Assembly: GCF_042660085.1 (NCBI RefSeq)
Contig: NZ_JBHSTI010000008.1
Location: forward strand, 1,110,001 to 1,142,000
Source: Longivirga aurantiaca
GTDB taxonomy: Bacteria > Actinomycetota > Actinomycetes > S36-B12 > CAIYMF01
Reading direction: 5' to 3'
Length of the DNA stretch: 32,000 bases
Position 1 is the first letter of the stretch, and the number at the start of each line of letters is the position of its first letter. Positions 19,322-27,378 of the stretch are shown piece after piece. The notes beneath the pieces were generated by a model. It worked only from the letters and a program-made list of their open reading frames with translations. It was not told the origin of the DNA and ran no database searches. The position numbers were made by a program, and so were the translations under genes.

Positions 19322-21838
19322 TCAGGTGGTCGAGTGCGGATCCGACAGCGTGGTCGGTACGACGGTGCCACTGCGCAACGCCCAGGAGACGGCCTCGGCA
19401 CGGCCGCGCACACCGAGCTTCCGGTAGATCGCGACCGTGTGGTGCATGACGGTCTTGGGCGCCATGCCGAGAGTCTCGGCGACATCCCGGTTGGTGCCGC
19501 CTGCGACGAGCCGCTCCAGGACGTCGAGCTCTCGCGGCGTGAGGTGCTCGCCGGCGGGAACCCCAGGACGCGGTAGGACGTGGGGATCCGGGCCGGTCGT
19601 GGGCAGGTAGCCGCGCACGATCGCCTGGGCCCGGCGGTTCGCCTGGCCCAAGGTGAGGCCTCGGACCTCGGAGGCCAGCGCGTCGTACTGCTCGGGCGGC
19701 ACGAGCCCGCGCAGCGGTTCGACCATCGCGAGGTACGTCTGCGCGAGCGAGGGGAGGATCTGCGGCAGCATAGGCTCGAGCTCGGCGATCGACTCGCGCA
19801 CGCGGACGGTGTCGTCGAACGAGCCACGCGCCATCGTGACAGGCACCAGGAGGATCAGTGGGGCGAGGGCAGCCACCGGCCAGGTGCGCTCGACGCCCTC
19901 TGCGATGAGGAGCATCCGGCCGATGGCGCTCAGGGCAGATGCCTGGTCCTGCGCGGCCAGAGCCGCCATCGCCATCGGCGCCAGCACGTGCATCACCATC
20001 ATCGGCTGCTGAAGGCATTCGGCCCGCTGCAGCAGCTCGTCCAGCTCGAGCAGCGGGACCGGGCCGCGCTCCTCCGGCGGCAGCGCACGCAGCATCAGGG
20101 CCGAGTGGATGATCGCCTCCGAGTCGCGGACGCGAGAAGCGCGCTCGTAGGCGCTACGGGCGCTGCGCGCCTGGGCTGCGGTGTCGCCGCGGAGGCTGTG
20201 CGTCATCGCGACGTACACCTCGAAGCGAGCTAGAGCCGCCTCGTTGCCGAGCCGTGAGGCGAGAGCGTGACCCTCGTGGGCGGAGGCCACGGCTCCCTCC
20301 AGGTCGAAGGTGACGCCGAGGGTGCTCACGACCAGCTCGAGCGCCTCGAGAAGCGCGGCATCGTCGCCCGACGACCGCGCCAGCGCGATCGACTGCCGGA
20401 GCCGTCGAGCCGTCCACGCGCCGTACGCCGCTGTGCCCATGTCGTCGGCCGGCGAGTGGACGGTGGCCCACATGAGGGTGCGTGCCACAAGCGCGTCGTC
20501 GGACACGGATCCGTCGTTGAGCACGCTTTCGACCAGGGGGAGGAGTGTGGCCTGTGCGCCGGGGGAGAGGGTGAGGTCCGGCGCTGCGATCGCGGCGAGC
20601 TGCAGCGCGGAGTCCTGATGGCCGGTCGAGATCCGCCTGTCGAGGGCGGCAAGGACGTCCGGCCACGAGCGCGAGGCCGTGCTGGGGTCGAGGGTGCACT
20701 GCGTCGACCAGTACGCGGCGTGCGCGTCACGCACGCGGTCCTCCACGCCGGACTCCGCCAGCAGGCGCTTCCCGTGCCGCCGCACGAGCGGGTCGAGGCG
20801 GAGCAGCTCGTGGTTGGCGCTGTCGACGAGCAGGTCGACGAGGTGCGAGTCGACGAGCTCGGAGACGAGGTCGAGCAGCTCCAGCTCTCCGAGGCGCGGC
20901 TCCGTGACCTGCTGGGCAGCAGCCAGCGGGAACCCGCCCTCGAACACGGCGAGCCGGGTCATCAGCGCGGCAGCTGGGGGGCTGAGCAGGCTCATGGACC
21001 AGTCCAGTGCGGCATCGATGCTCCGGTGCCGATCGGCCACCCCCAGGGTGTCGCGCTGGTGCAGCAGCGCAGAGGATCGCTCGAGCTGACGGGCCATCAT
21101 CGCTGGCGGCACCGAAGCCACGCGCGCTGCAGCCACCTCGATCGCGAGCGGCAGCCCGCCCAGAGTGCGGCAGATCGCCGCGACAGAGGTGCGGGTGCCG
21201 GCGTCGAGAACGAAGGAGGCGTCTGCCGCGGCAGCGCGTGCAGCGAACAGGGAGACGGCGGGGCCGTCCCCGTCGGGGTCTGGCGCGGGGAACGGCTTGA
21301 CCGCTACGACGCGCTCGCCGGGCACTCGGAGCGGCCGCACGCGCGTGGCCAGCACGGTGAGGGCGGGGTACGAGTCGCGCAGGTCGACCACGAGCTCTGC
21401 CAGAGCCTCGACCTCGTCGGCGTCATCGAGCACGAGGACGGCCCGCTGGCCTCCGGCCCGCCGCCAGAGCGCCGTTGCCGGGCTGGCGCCGTACTGCGGG
21501 GCCTCGCTCAGTGCCGAGATGAGCGCGTCGGCAGCGAGCCCGGAGTCGGTCACGCCGGTCAGGGGGACGGCGACGACGACCGTGTCGGCGTCGTTCAGCG
21601 TTCGGTGGGTGACCTCGGCGACGAGACGCGACTTACCCACGCCGACCGGACCGGTGATCGTGATGACATGGACTGCGTCGTCCGCGAGCAGCTCTCGCAG
21701 CGCATCGAGCTCGGCAGCGCGCCCGACGAGTGGGCCGGGACGTGACAGCACACCAGAAACAGGCCGTGCAACGGTGTCGGTCACCCGTGGTCCCTTCTCC
21801 CGTGCGTCACCGTGTGCGCTGCACGTTCCCACGACCAC
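19322..21838 (-). CDS. LuxR-family transcriptional regulator with N-terminal ATPase domain (LAL/AfsR-like STAND)
   Basis: Walker A ITITGPVGVGKSRLVAEV, Walker B-like AVLVLDDADE, STAND-like GGLPLAIEVAAAR, C-terminal LuxR HTH LTPRELDVLERLVAGGTNRDVAETLGMAPKTVMHHTVAIYRKLGVRGRAEAVSWA. True start may be GTG near 21784 (VTDTVARPVS). Confidence 0.92.
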   Translation of the reverse strand: MVVGTCSAHGDAREKGPRVTDTVARPVSGVLSRPGPLVGRAAELDALRELLADDAVHVITITGPVGVGKSRLVAEVTHRTLNDADTVVVAVPLTGVTDSGLAADALISALSEAPQYGASPATALWRRAGGQRAVLVLDDADEVEALAELVVDLRDSYPALTVLATRVRPLRVPGERVVAVKPFPAPDPDGDGPAVSLFAARAAAADASFVLDAGTRTSVAAICRTLGGLPLAIEVAAARVASVPPAMMARQLERSSALLHQRDTLGVADRHRSIDAALDWSMSLLSPPAAALMTRLAVFEGGFPLAAAQQVTEPRLGELELLDLVSELVDSHLVDLLVDSANHELLRLDPLVRRHGKRLLAESGVEDRVRDAHAAYWSTQCTLDPSTASRSWPDVLAALDRRISTGHQDSALQLAAIAAPDLTLSPGAQATLLPLVESVLNDGSVSDDALVARTLMWATVHSPADDMGTAAYGAWTARRLRQSIALARSSGDDAALLEALELVVSTLGVTFDLEGAVASAHEGHALASRLGNEAALARFEVYVAMTHSLRGDTAAQARSARSAYERASRVRDSEAIIHSALMLRALPPEERGPVPLLELDELLQRAECLQQPMMVMHVLAPMAMAALAAQDQASALSAIGRMLLIAEGVERTWPVAALAPLILLVPVTMARGSFDDTVRVRESIAELEPMLPQILPSLAQTYLAMVEPLRGLVPPEQYDALASEVRGLTLGQANRRAQAIVRGYLPTTGPDPHVLPRPGVPAGEHLTPRELDVLERLVAGGTNRDVAETLGMAPKTVMHHTVAIYRKLGVRGRAEAVSWALRSGTVVPTTLSDPHSTT

Positions 21839-21963
21839 GTTAGTGGACCCTTAGTGACTGCACATCCGGAACCCGGAGCCGCCTGTTCGATGGATCGGCG
21901 CGGACCGAGGAACGGAGCGCGCAACCCCATGTGGGGCCGAACGCGGGGAGGAGCTGGCCTGGT

Positions 21964-22287
21964 CTAGTCGCCTGCTAGCGCGGGGCGGTGCATCACGGCC
22001 CAGGTGGGCGTGACCTCCATGCGGTCGCCCTCGACGTGCGCGTCGCCGTCGACGATGAGGCTGTAGTCGGCGCCGCTCGCGCCCGGGAAGGCCAGCGTGA
22101 CTCCGGGGCGGGCGACCGCGTTCTCGGCCGTACGCCGTCCGACGGTCGCGACGAGCGTGCCGCCCTCGACGACCGTGGGGACGGCGAGGCTCTGCGCCCG
22201 GCCGTCGTCCCGGACAGTGACGAGGTAGCCCCAGGGGTAGTCGGCGAGCTTGGCGGCCAGGTCCTCGAGCGGTACGGCGATGCTCAT
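21964..22287 (-). CDS. Pyridoxamine 5'-phosphate oxidase-like (split-barrel FMN/F420-binding) family protein
   Basis: 107 aa: MSIAVPLEDLAAKLADYPWGYLVTVRDDGRAQSLAVPTVVEGGTLVATVGRRTAENAVARPGVTLAFP...YSLIVDGDAHVEGDRMEVTPTWAVMHRPALAGD; typical PNPOx split-barrel arrangement. Confidence 0.82.
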   Translation of the reverse strand: MSIAVPLEDLAAKLADYPWGYLVTVRDDGRAQSLAVPTVVEGGTLVATVGRRTAENAVARPGVTLAFPGASGADYSLIVDGDAHVEGDRMEVTPTWAVMHRPALAGD

Positions 22288-22351
22288 GCCCGCAGCCTAG
22301 GGAGTCCGGGGCGTGCGACCGACGGACTCGCGCTCTCGGTGTGAGCGTTCC

Positions 22352-22405
22352 CGGCGTACCTGGTGCTGGATCGCGTCGTGAGGGGCGCGCTCGCTGCCCG
22401 GGTAC
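22352..22405. repeat. Divergent member of the CCCGGG intergenic repeat family
   Basis: cggcgtacctggtgctggatcgcgtcgtgaggggcgcgctcgctgcccgggtac; aligns with copies at 27116 and 29371. Confidence 0.75.
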
Positions 22406-22424
22406 GGCGTACGACGGGTCGCGG

Positions 22425-23702
22425 TCACCGGTAGCGCATGCGTTCGCTCACCGTCCCGAGGATCTTGTCCTCGATATCGGGGTGCTCCTCGAGCAGTGCG
22501 AGGAAGGCCGGCTTCGGCAGCGAGTACAGCGTGCCGGGTGACGCGGCGGTCGCGGTCGCGGTCCGCGTGCCGCCGAACAGCAGCGCGATCTCGCCGAGGA
22601 AGTCGCCCTCGCCCAGCGTGCGCAGGTGCTGGCCGTGCGCGCTGATGTCGACCGTGCCGGTGCTGAGCACGAAGAACTCGTCGCCGTCGTCGCCCTCGTG
22701 GGTGAGCACGTCGCCGGCCGCGAACTCGCGGGTCTGCGCGGCACCGGCCAGCGTGGCCAGCTCCGGCGCAGACAGCCCGGCGAACAGCGGCACGCGCCCG
22801 AGGGCCGCCACCGTGGCGTCGGTCATGAGTCGAGCGTTGTCGCTTCCCATCCTGCGCATCCAATCTCTCGGGCCGAGACTGCCCGCTGCTGCCACCACGA
22901 TGAGGCCGATCCCCAGCCACTGCTGCGCGACGAGCACGTCGTCGCGGATCACGATGCCGGTCAGCGCGGCCACCGCGGGCTCGAACGCGAGCACGAGCCC
23001 GAACGTCGCCATCGGCAGCGTGCGCAGCGCGACGGCCTCGAGCGAGAACGGCACGAGCGTCGCGAGCACGCCGGCGAGCGCGAGGGTGAGCAGCACGTGC
23101 ACGTCCCACAGCCCGGGCTCGGCCAGCAGCAGGCCGAACGGCGTCTGCAGCGCTGCCGTGATCACCAACGCGAGCGCGAGCCCCGAGAGCCCCGAGCCGG
23201 CGGCGTTCACGCGCTTGCCCGCCACGATGTACGCCGCCAGCGCCACCGCGCCCGCGAGCGCGAACCCGAGCCCGGTCAGGCTGACGGGACCGTCGGTGCC
23301 GTTCGCCAGGCACAGCAGCAGTGCACCGATCGCGGCGACGCCGACCAGGGCCAGATCGACCGGCGTGCGGTTGCCCCACGCCGCGATCGCGAGCGGCCCC
23401 AGCATGAGGATCGCGCTGACGTAGCCCAGGGGCGCGTGTGCGATCGCGACGTACGCGCAGAGCGTGAGGCACGCGAGCGACGCGCCGTACACCGCGATCG
23501 GCCCGAGGCGGTCGCGGGTGTACGCCGAGATGTCGGGCCTGATGTACGCCCACAGCAGCACCGCGCCGACCAGGCTGCGCACCCACACCGCCGAGACGGG
23601 CCCTGCGGCTGCGAACACGCTCGCCGCCACGGCGAGGCCCATCTGCAGGCTCGCGCTCGACAGCAGCACGAGCCCGACCGGCTTCCACGGCGTGCGGCTC
23701 AT
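22425..23702 (-). CDS. EamA/DMT-family transporter fused to C-terminal cyclic-nucleotide-binding (CAP_ED) domain
   Basis: From ATG 23700-23702: MSRTPWKPVGLVLLSSASLQMGLAVAASVFAAAGPVSAVWVRSLVGAVLLWAYIRP... (ten hydrophobic segments) then GRVPLFAGLSAPELATLAGAAQTREFAAGDVLTHEGDDGDEFFVLSTGTVDIS...LGEGDFLGEIALLFGGTRTATATAASPGTLYSLPKPAFLALLEEHPDI. Confidence 0.92.
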   Translation of the reverse strand: MSRTPWKPVGLVLLSSASLQMGLAVAASVFAAAGPVSAVWVRSLVGAVLLWAYIRPDISAYTRDRLGPIAVYGASLACLTLCAYVAIAHAPLGYVSAILMLGPLAIAAWGNRTPVDLALVGVAAIGALLLCLANGTDGPVSLTGLGFALAGAVALAAYIVAGKRVNAAGSGLSGLALALVITAALQTPFGLLLAEPGLWDVHVLLTLALAGVLATLVPFSLEAVALRTLPMATFGLVLAFEPAVAALTGIVIRDDVLVAQQWLGIGLIVVAAAGSLGPRDWMRRMGSDNARLMTDATVAALGRVPLFAGLSAPELATLAGAAQTREFAAGDVLTHEGDDGDEFFVLSTGTVDISAHGQHLRTLGEGDFLGEIALLFGGTRTATATAASPGTLYSLPKPAFLALLEEHPDIEDKILGTVSERMRYR

Positions 23703-23754
23703 GGCCGTCGCCTCCAGCGCACGGAGGGATGTCGAGGCGTACGGACCGCCATGG

Positions 23755-24873
23755 TCACCCGCCCTCCAGGCAGGCGCGGACGGCGAACCCGGCACGCTCG
23801 ACGACGTCGGCCTCACGCGCCAGTGCGATGCGCAGGTAGCGCTCACCGGCACGGCCGTCGCCCCAGTAGAACGGTCGGCACGGCACCGAGTGGACGCCCT
23901 GCCTCAGCAGCTGGCCCCACAGCCGCGTGCCGGTCATGCCTCGCGCGAGCTCGACGCGCGAGACGCTCACGCGCGAGTCGCCGTCCGAGACGGCCGCGCG
24001 CTCGCATCCCTCGAGCACCTTCCCGAGCACCGCGCGGTTGTGCGCGATCCGCTCGTGCAGCGCGGTCATCCCGCCGTCGGCCAGGTCGAGGGCGAACTGC
24101 TCGACCACCGCGACCGAGAAAGGGGGAGCGATCAGCAGGACGTCGGCCGCGACCTCGGCGAGGTCGAGCCGCGCGTTGGCCGACCACGCGAGGAAGCCGA
24201 GCTTCACGCCACCGGTGGGCCACAGCTTGCCTGTGTCCTCGACGATCACGTACTCCGCGCCGGTCGCGTCGAGCACGGCATACGTGTCGTACTGCGCGCG
24301 CCTGTCGAACGCGCGGAAGCACTGATCGATCAGCAGGGGAGCGCCTCGCCCGGCGCAGGCCCGGCCCAGCCGCTCGAGCTCGGCCTCGGTCATGACCGTG
24401 CCCGTGGGGTTGTTCGGGTTCGCGGCCAGCACCGCCTGGATCTCCGGGTGCCGCAAGAACAGGTCCCCGTCCGTCAACGACTCCTCCGACAGCGGCACGA
24501 GATCGAGACCGCGATGGCGCAGCAGCGCCGGGATGCAGTCGATCACCGGGGTCACGACGCCGACGGTGCGCACCCGGCGCGCGAGCGCTGCGGCGGCGAC
24601 GTCGATCGCGATGGTCGAGGCGTAGAAGCTGAGGATCCGTCCGCTGCCGATCGGCGCGGTGGTCTGACCGAGCGCGTGCAGGAACGCGGTGTGCGCGCGC
24701 TGCTCGAGCACCGGGTACGGCGTGGTCGTCGCCTCGGTCATGAGCTCGGGCAGCCGGGCGAGGATCGCCGCCTGCGACGGGGTCGGCGCGAAACGCGGGT
24801 ATCCCTCGGCGACGTTGGTCTCGCTCCCCACCCCCAGCAGCTGCATCTGGGTCAGGGAGGCCGTCGCGGTCAC
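23755..24873 (-). CDS. Class I/II PLP-dependent aminotransferase
   Basis: GTG start at 24873 (VTATASLTQMQLLGVGSETN...); NPNNPTGTVMTEAELERL, LLIDQCFRAF, VIVEDTGKLWPTGGVKLGFLA (PLP-lysine context), C-terminal RPFYWGDGRAGERYLRIALA. Confidence 0.88.
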   Translation of the reverse strand: MTATASLTQMQLLGVGSETNVAEGYPRFAPTPSQAAILARLPELMTEATTTPYPVLEQRAHTAFLHALGQTTAPIGSGRILSFYASTIAIDVAAAALARRVRTVGVVTPVIDCIPALLRHRGLDLVPLSEESLTDGDLFLRHPEIQAVLAANPNNPTGTVMTEAELERLGRACAGRGAPLLIDQCFRAFDRRAQYDTYAVLDATGAEYVIVEDTGKLWPTGGVKLGFLAWSANARLDLAEVAADVLLIAPPFSVAVVEQFALDLADGGMTALHERIAHNRAVLGKVLEGCERAAVSDGDSRVSVSRVELARGMTGTRLWGQLLRQGVHSVPCRPFYWGDGRAGERYLRIALAREADVVERAGFAVRACLEGG

Positions 24874-25124
24874 GCGGTCGTCGCAGTCATGCCGCTGCTC
24901 CCATCGTGCCTGGTGGGGCTCTCTGCCCGGACCGTAGACCTCACCGGAGCTGCCGGGCGTCCGATCAGCGGAATCCGCCGTACCGCCGATGGACGGCCCG
25001 CTCGGGGCCGATCGCACGTCGAGGCTCCTCGGATTTCCGCAGTGATCGGGCCGTGGCGTGCGGGGTTCTCACGCGGAGCGCGTCGGACGCGTCATCATGC
25101 GGGCAGTGCAGCGTGGCGACGGAG

Positions 25125-25740
25125 GTGGGCGGCAGTGGTCGAGTGCTCCAGCAGCCCTCGAGATCGTCGATCGCGTGCACGCCCTGGGCCGAGCTCAACC
25201 GCCCGCTGCAGGCGCGGGCCGGCGTCCTCACGGGCGAGGCTGTCGCGAGCCTGAACGCCACCGACCAGCGGTTCGTCACGGGCGACCTCGTCAACACCGC
25301 GAGCCGGCCGGCGCCCTCGCGGCGCTCGACGCCCTCAAGGCCGAGCAGGGTGCGGAGTGGTACGAGCAGGGTGCGGAGTGGAAGCAGCTGCAGTTCGTCA
25401 CGTGGTTCGCACACGCGAGGACCTACGTCCTGCTGCTGTCGGGGGACTCCGCCGCTGCTTCCGTGCGCGACGTGCGCGACAGGTGGCACGACGGAGGGCT
25501 GCCGCTCGACCACGCGTACGCCGTGCTGGTGCTCGCACGCGTGCTGCCGGCGGGCGGCGTGCCGGACGAGCACATCGGCGAGGCCCGAGCCCACCTCGTG
25601 GGGCTCGGGGCAGTGTCGCTGCTGCGCCTGATCGACGCGGCCCTGGAGTCCGCGCGGTCGGCCCAGCTCGTTGCGGCTCCGGCGGCTCCGGCGGCTGCGG
25701 CGACGCAGGTGGGTGGGAAACGTGTTGCGGGGCGCACGCT
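25125..25740 (+). pseudogene. Decayed adenylate/guanylate-cyclase-type gene (likely ATPase-cyclase regulator)
   Basis: Frame 25058.. reads AALEIVDRVHALG, frame 24906.. continues AELNRPLQARAGVLTGEAVASLNATDQRFVTGDLVNTASR (class III cyclase C-lobe consensus), then the first frame resumes with LAALDALKAEQGAEWYEQGAEWKQLQFVTWFAHARTYVLLLSGDSAAAS.... No single ORF spans it. Confidence 0.72.
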
Positions 25741-25857
25741 CGGCTTACCCGGGTAACGAGCGTGCGGTAGAGCGCACGCTGGTTACCCGGGTAACGAGCG
25801 TGGGGCGAAGCTGAGTGCGGAATCCGTCGCAGAGCGCACGCTGGTTACCCGGGTAAC
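25718..25857. repeat. Cluster of three CCCGGG repeat copies, one with a 24-bp deletion
   Basis: Palindromic cores centred at 25750/51, 25788/89 and 25850/51 (spacings 38 and 62 bp); last unit gagtgcggaatccgtcgcagagcgcacgctggttacccgggtaac. Confidence 0.93.
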
Positions 25858-25863
25858 GGCCGA

Positions 25864-25968
25864 TCAGTCGGTGGCGAGCGCGGGGCGGTGCACCACGGCC
25901 CAGGTGGTGGCGATCTCGATGCGGTCGAGCTTGGCGGCCAGGTCCTCGAGCGGTACGGCGATGCTCAT
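25864..25968 (-). pseudogene. In-frame internally deleted copy of the PPOX-like gene
   Basis: 34-codon ORF MSIAVPLEDLAAKLDRIEIATTWAVVHRPALATD* fuses the first ~14 codons of the 107-aa protein at 21964-22287 to its last ~19 codons. Confidence 0.88.
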
Positions 25969-26275
25969 GCCCGCAGCCTCAGGAGTCCGGGGCGTGCGAC
26001 CGACGGACTCGCGCTCTCGGTGTGAGCGTTCTCGGCGTACGTCGTGCTGGATCGCGTCGGAGCGAGCGCGATCCGGCACGGGGTTCCCGTGGCGGACGAC
26101 CCGCTGGACGGACGACTCCTCGGCGAGAGGAGGCCGATCTGCCCACCTGCGCGACACCCTGCTCCGCGCGGACGATGCTGGCGTTGCGACCCGGCATCTC
26201 GTCGACCTCGATCTGGCCACCTGCCGACGGCTCCAGCGCCGGGCGGGAGCTCGTCACCGGCTGAGAGGACCTCCG

Positions 26276-27112
26276 ATGTGCCGCTGGTTCGTCTACCGAG
26301 GAGCGCCCCTGCGCACCAGCGAGCTGCTGCTGCATCCGGTGCACTCGATCGTCGCGCAGTCACTGAACTCGCCGCTCGGCGCAGAGCCCGTGAACGGTGA
26401 CGGGTTCGGATTCGGCTGGTATCCCGTGGACGGTGACGGTCCGCCCGGGCTGTTCCACAGCATCGAGCCGGCCTGGCACGACCGGAACCTGCGCTCGCTG
26501 GCCGAGGCCGTGGTGTCGCCGCTGTTCTTCTGCCATGTGCGCGCCGCAGCCGGGCCGCCGATCCAGCAGACCAATTGCCACCCGTTCCGCAACGACGGCT
26601 GGCTCTTCATGCACAACGGCGGCATCGCGGACTTCGATCGCGTCAAGCGCGACCTCGTACTCGCCGTCGACCCCGATCTCTACCCGCTCATGCTGGGCAC
26701 GACCGATTCCGAGGTGCTCTTCCACCTCGCGCTCACCCTCGGCCTGCGCGACGACCCCGTCGGCGCGATAGCGCGCGCGATCGCGTTCGTCGAACGGGTC
26801 GGTCACGAGCACGACGTGCGGTTCCCGTTCCAGGGCAGCATCGCAACGACGGACGGCGACTCGGTCTGGGCGTTCCGCTACTCGTCGCAGGGGCGGTCGC
26901 GCTCGCTGTTCCACTCGACCGACATCTCCGACCTGCGCACGATGTACCCGGACGAGTCGCGGCTCTCCCTCTTCTCCGACGACGCGCGCGTGATCGTGTC
27001 GGAGCCCATCAACGACCTGCCCGGCGCGTTCCTCGAGGTGCCCGAGGCGTCGGTGGCGATCCTCGACGCGGCGGGCTACCGGCACGCCGCCTTCGCGCCC
27101 GCCGGGTCCTGA
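26276..27112 (+). CDS. Class II glutamine amidotransferase (YafJ/GATase type 2-like)
   Basis: MCRWFVYRGAPLRTSELLLHPVHSIVAQS...GDGFGFGWYP...FFCHVRAAAGPPIQQTNCHPFRNDGWLFMHNGGIADF...GTTDSEVLFHLAL; Cys2 nucleophile, HNG motif. Confidence 0.93.
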   Translation: MCRWFVYRGAPLRTSELLLHPVHSIVAQSLNSPLGAEPVNGDGFGFGWYPVDGDGPPGLFHSIEPAWHDRNLRSLAEAVVSPLFFCHVRAAAGPPIQQTNCHPFRNDGWLFMHNGGIADFDRVKRDLVLAVDPDLYPLMLGTTDSEVLFHLALTLGLRDDPVGAIARAIAFVERVGHEHDVRFPFQGSIATTDGDSVWAFRYSSQGRSRSLFHSTDISDLRTMYPDESRLSLFSDDARVIVSEPINDLPGAFLEVPEASVAILDAAGYRHAAFAPAGS

Positions 27113-27115
27113 GCA

Positions 27116-27168
27116 CGGCGTACCTGGTGCTGGATCGCGTCGTGGGGCGCGCTCGTCACCCGGGTAGG
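27116..27168. repeat. Divergent member of the CCCGGG intergenic repeat family
   Basis: cggcgtacctggtgctggatcgcgtcgtggggcgcgctcgtcacccgggtagg, directly after the amidotransferase stop. Confidence 0.78.
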
Positions 27169-27378
27169 CCGTGCGGCGGGTAGGGGGCGGCGAGCGCGCG
27201 TCGTGGGGAGCGCGCTCGCGCTCGGGCGTGGAGCGGCAGGCGGGGATGGGCGCTGCGGGCACGCGTGGGCGTCCCGAGCGGCGCCTCGTCGTGCATCGGT
27301 CCGACGCGTCGGACAACAATGAACGTGGGCGGCCACCTGGCGCCTCGGTGGGGTGCCGACCGCCGGGGGAGGTGTCCC

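Noticed and set aside
26057-26270. Possible further gene remnant (SARGGRSAHLRDTLLRADDAGVATRHLVDLDLATCRRLQ)
   Set aside because: Looks somewhat protein-like but I cannot connect it to any family; insufficient support to call.
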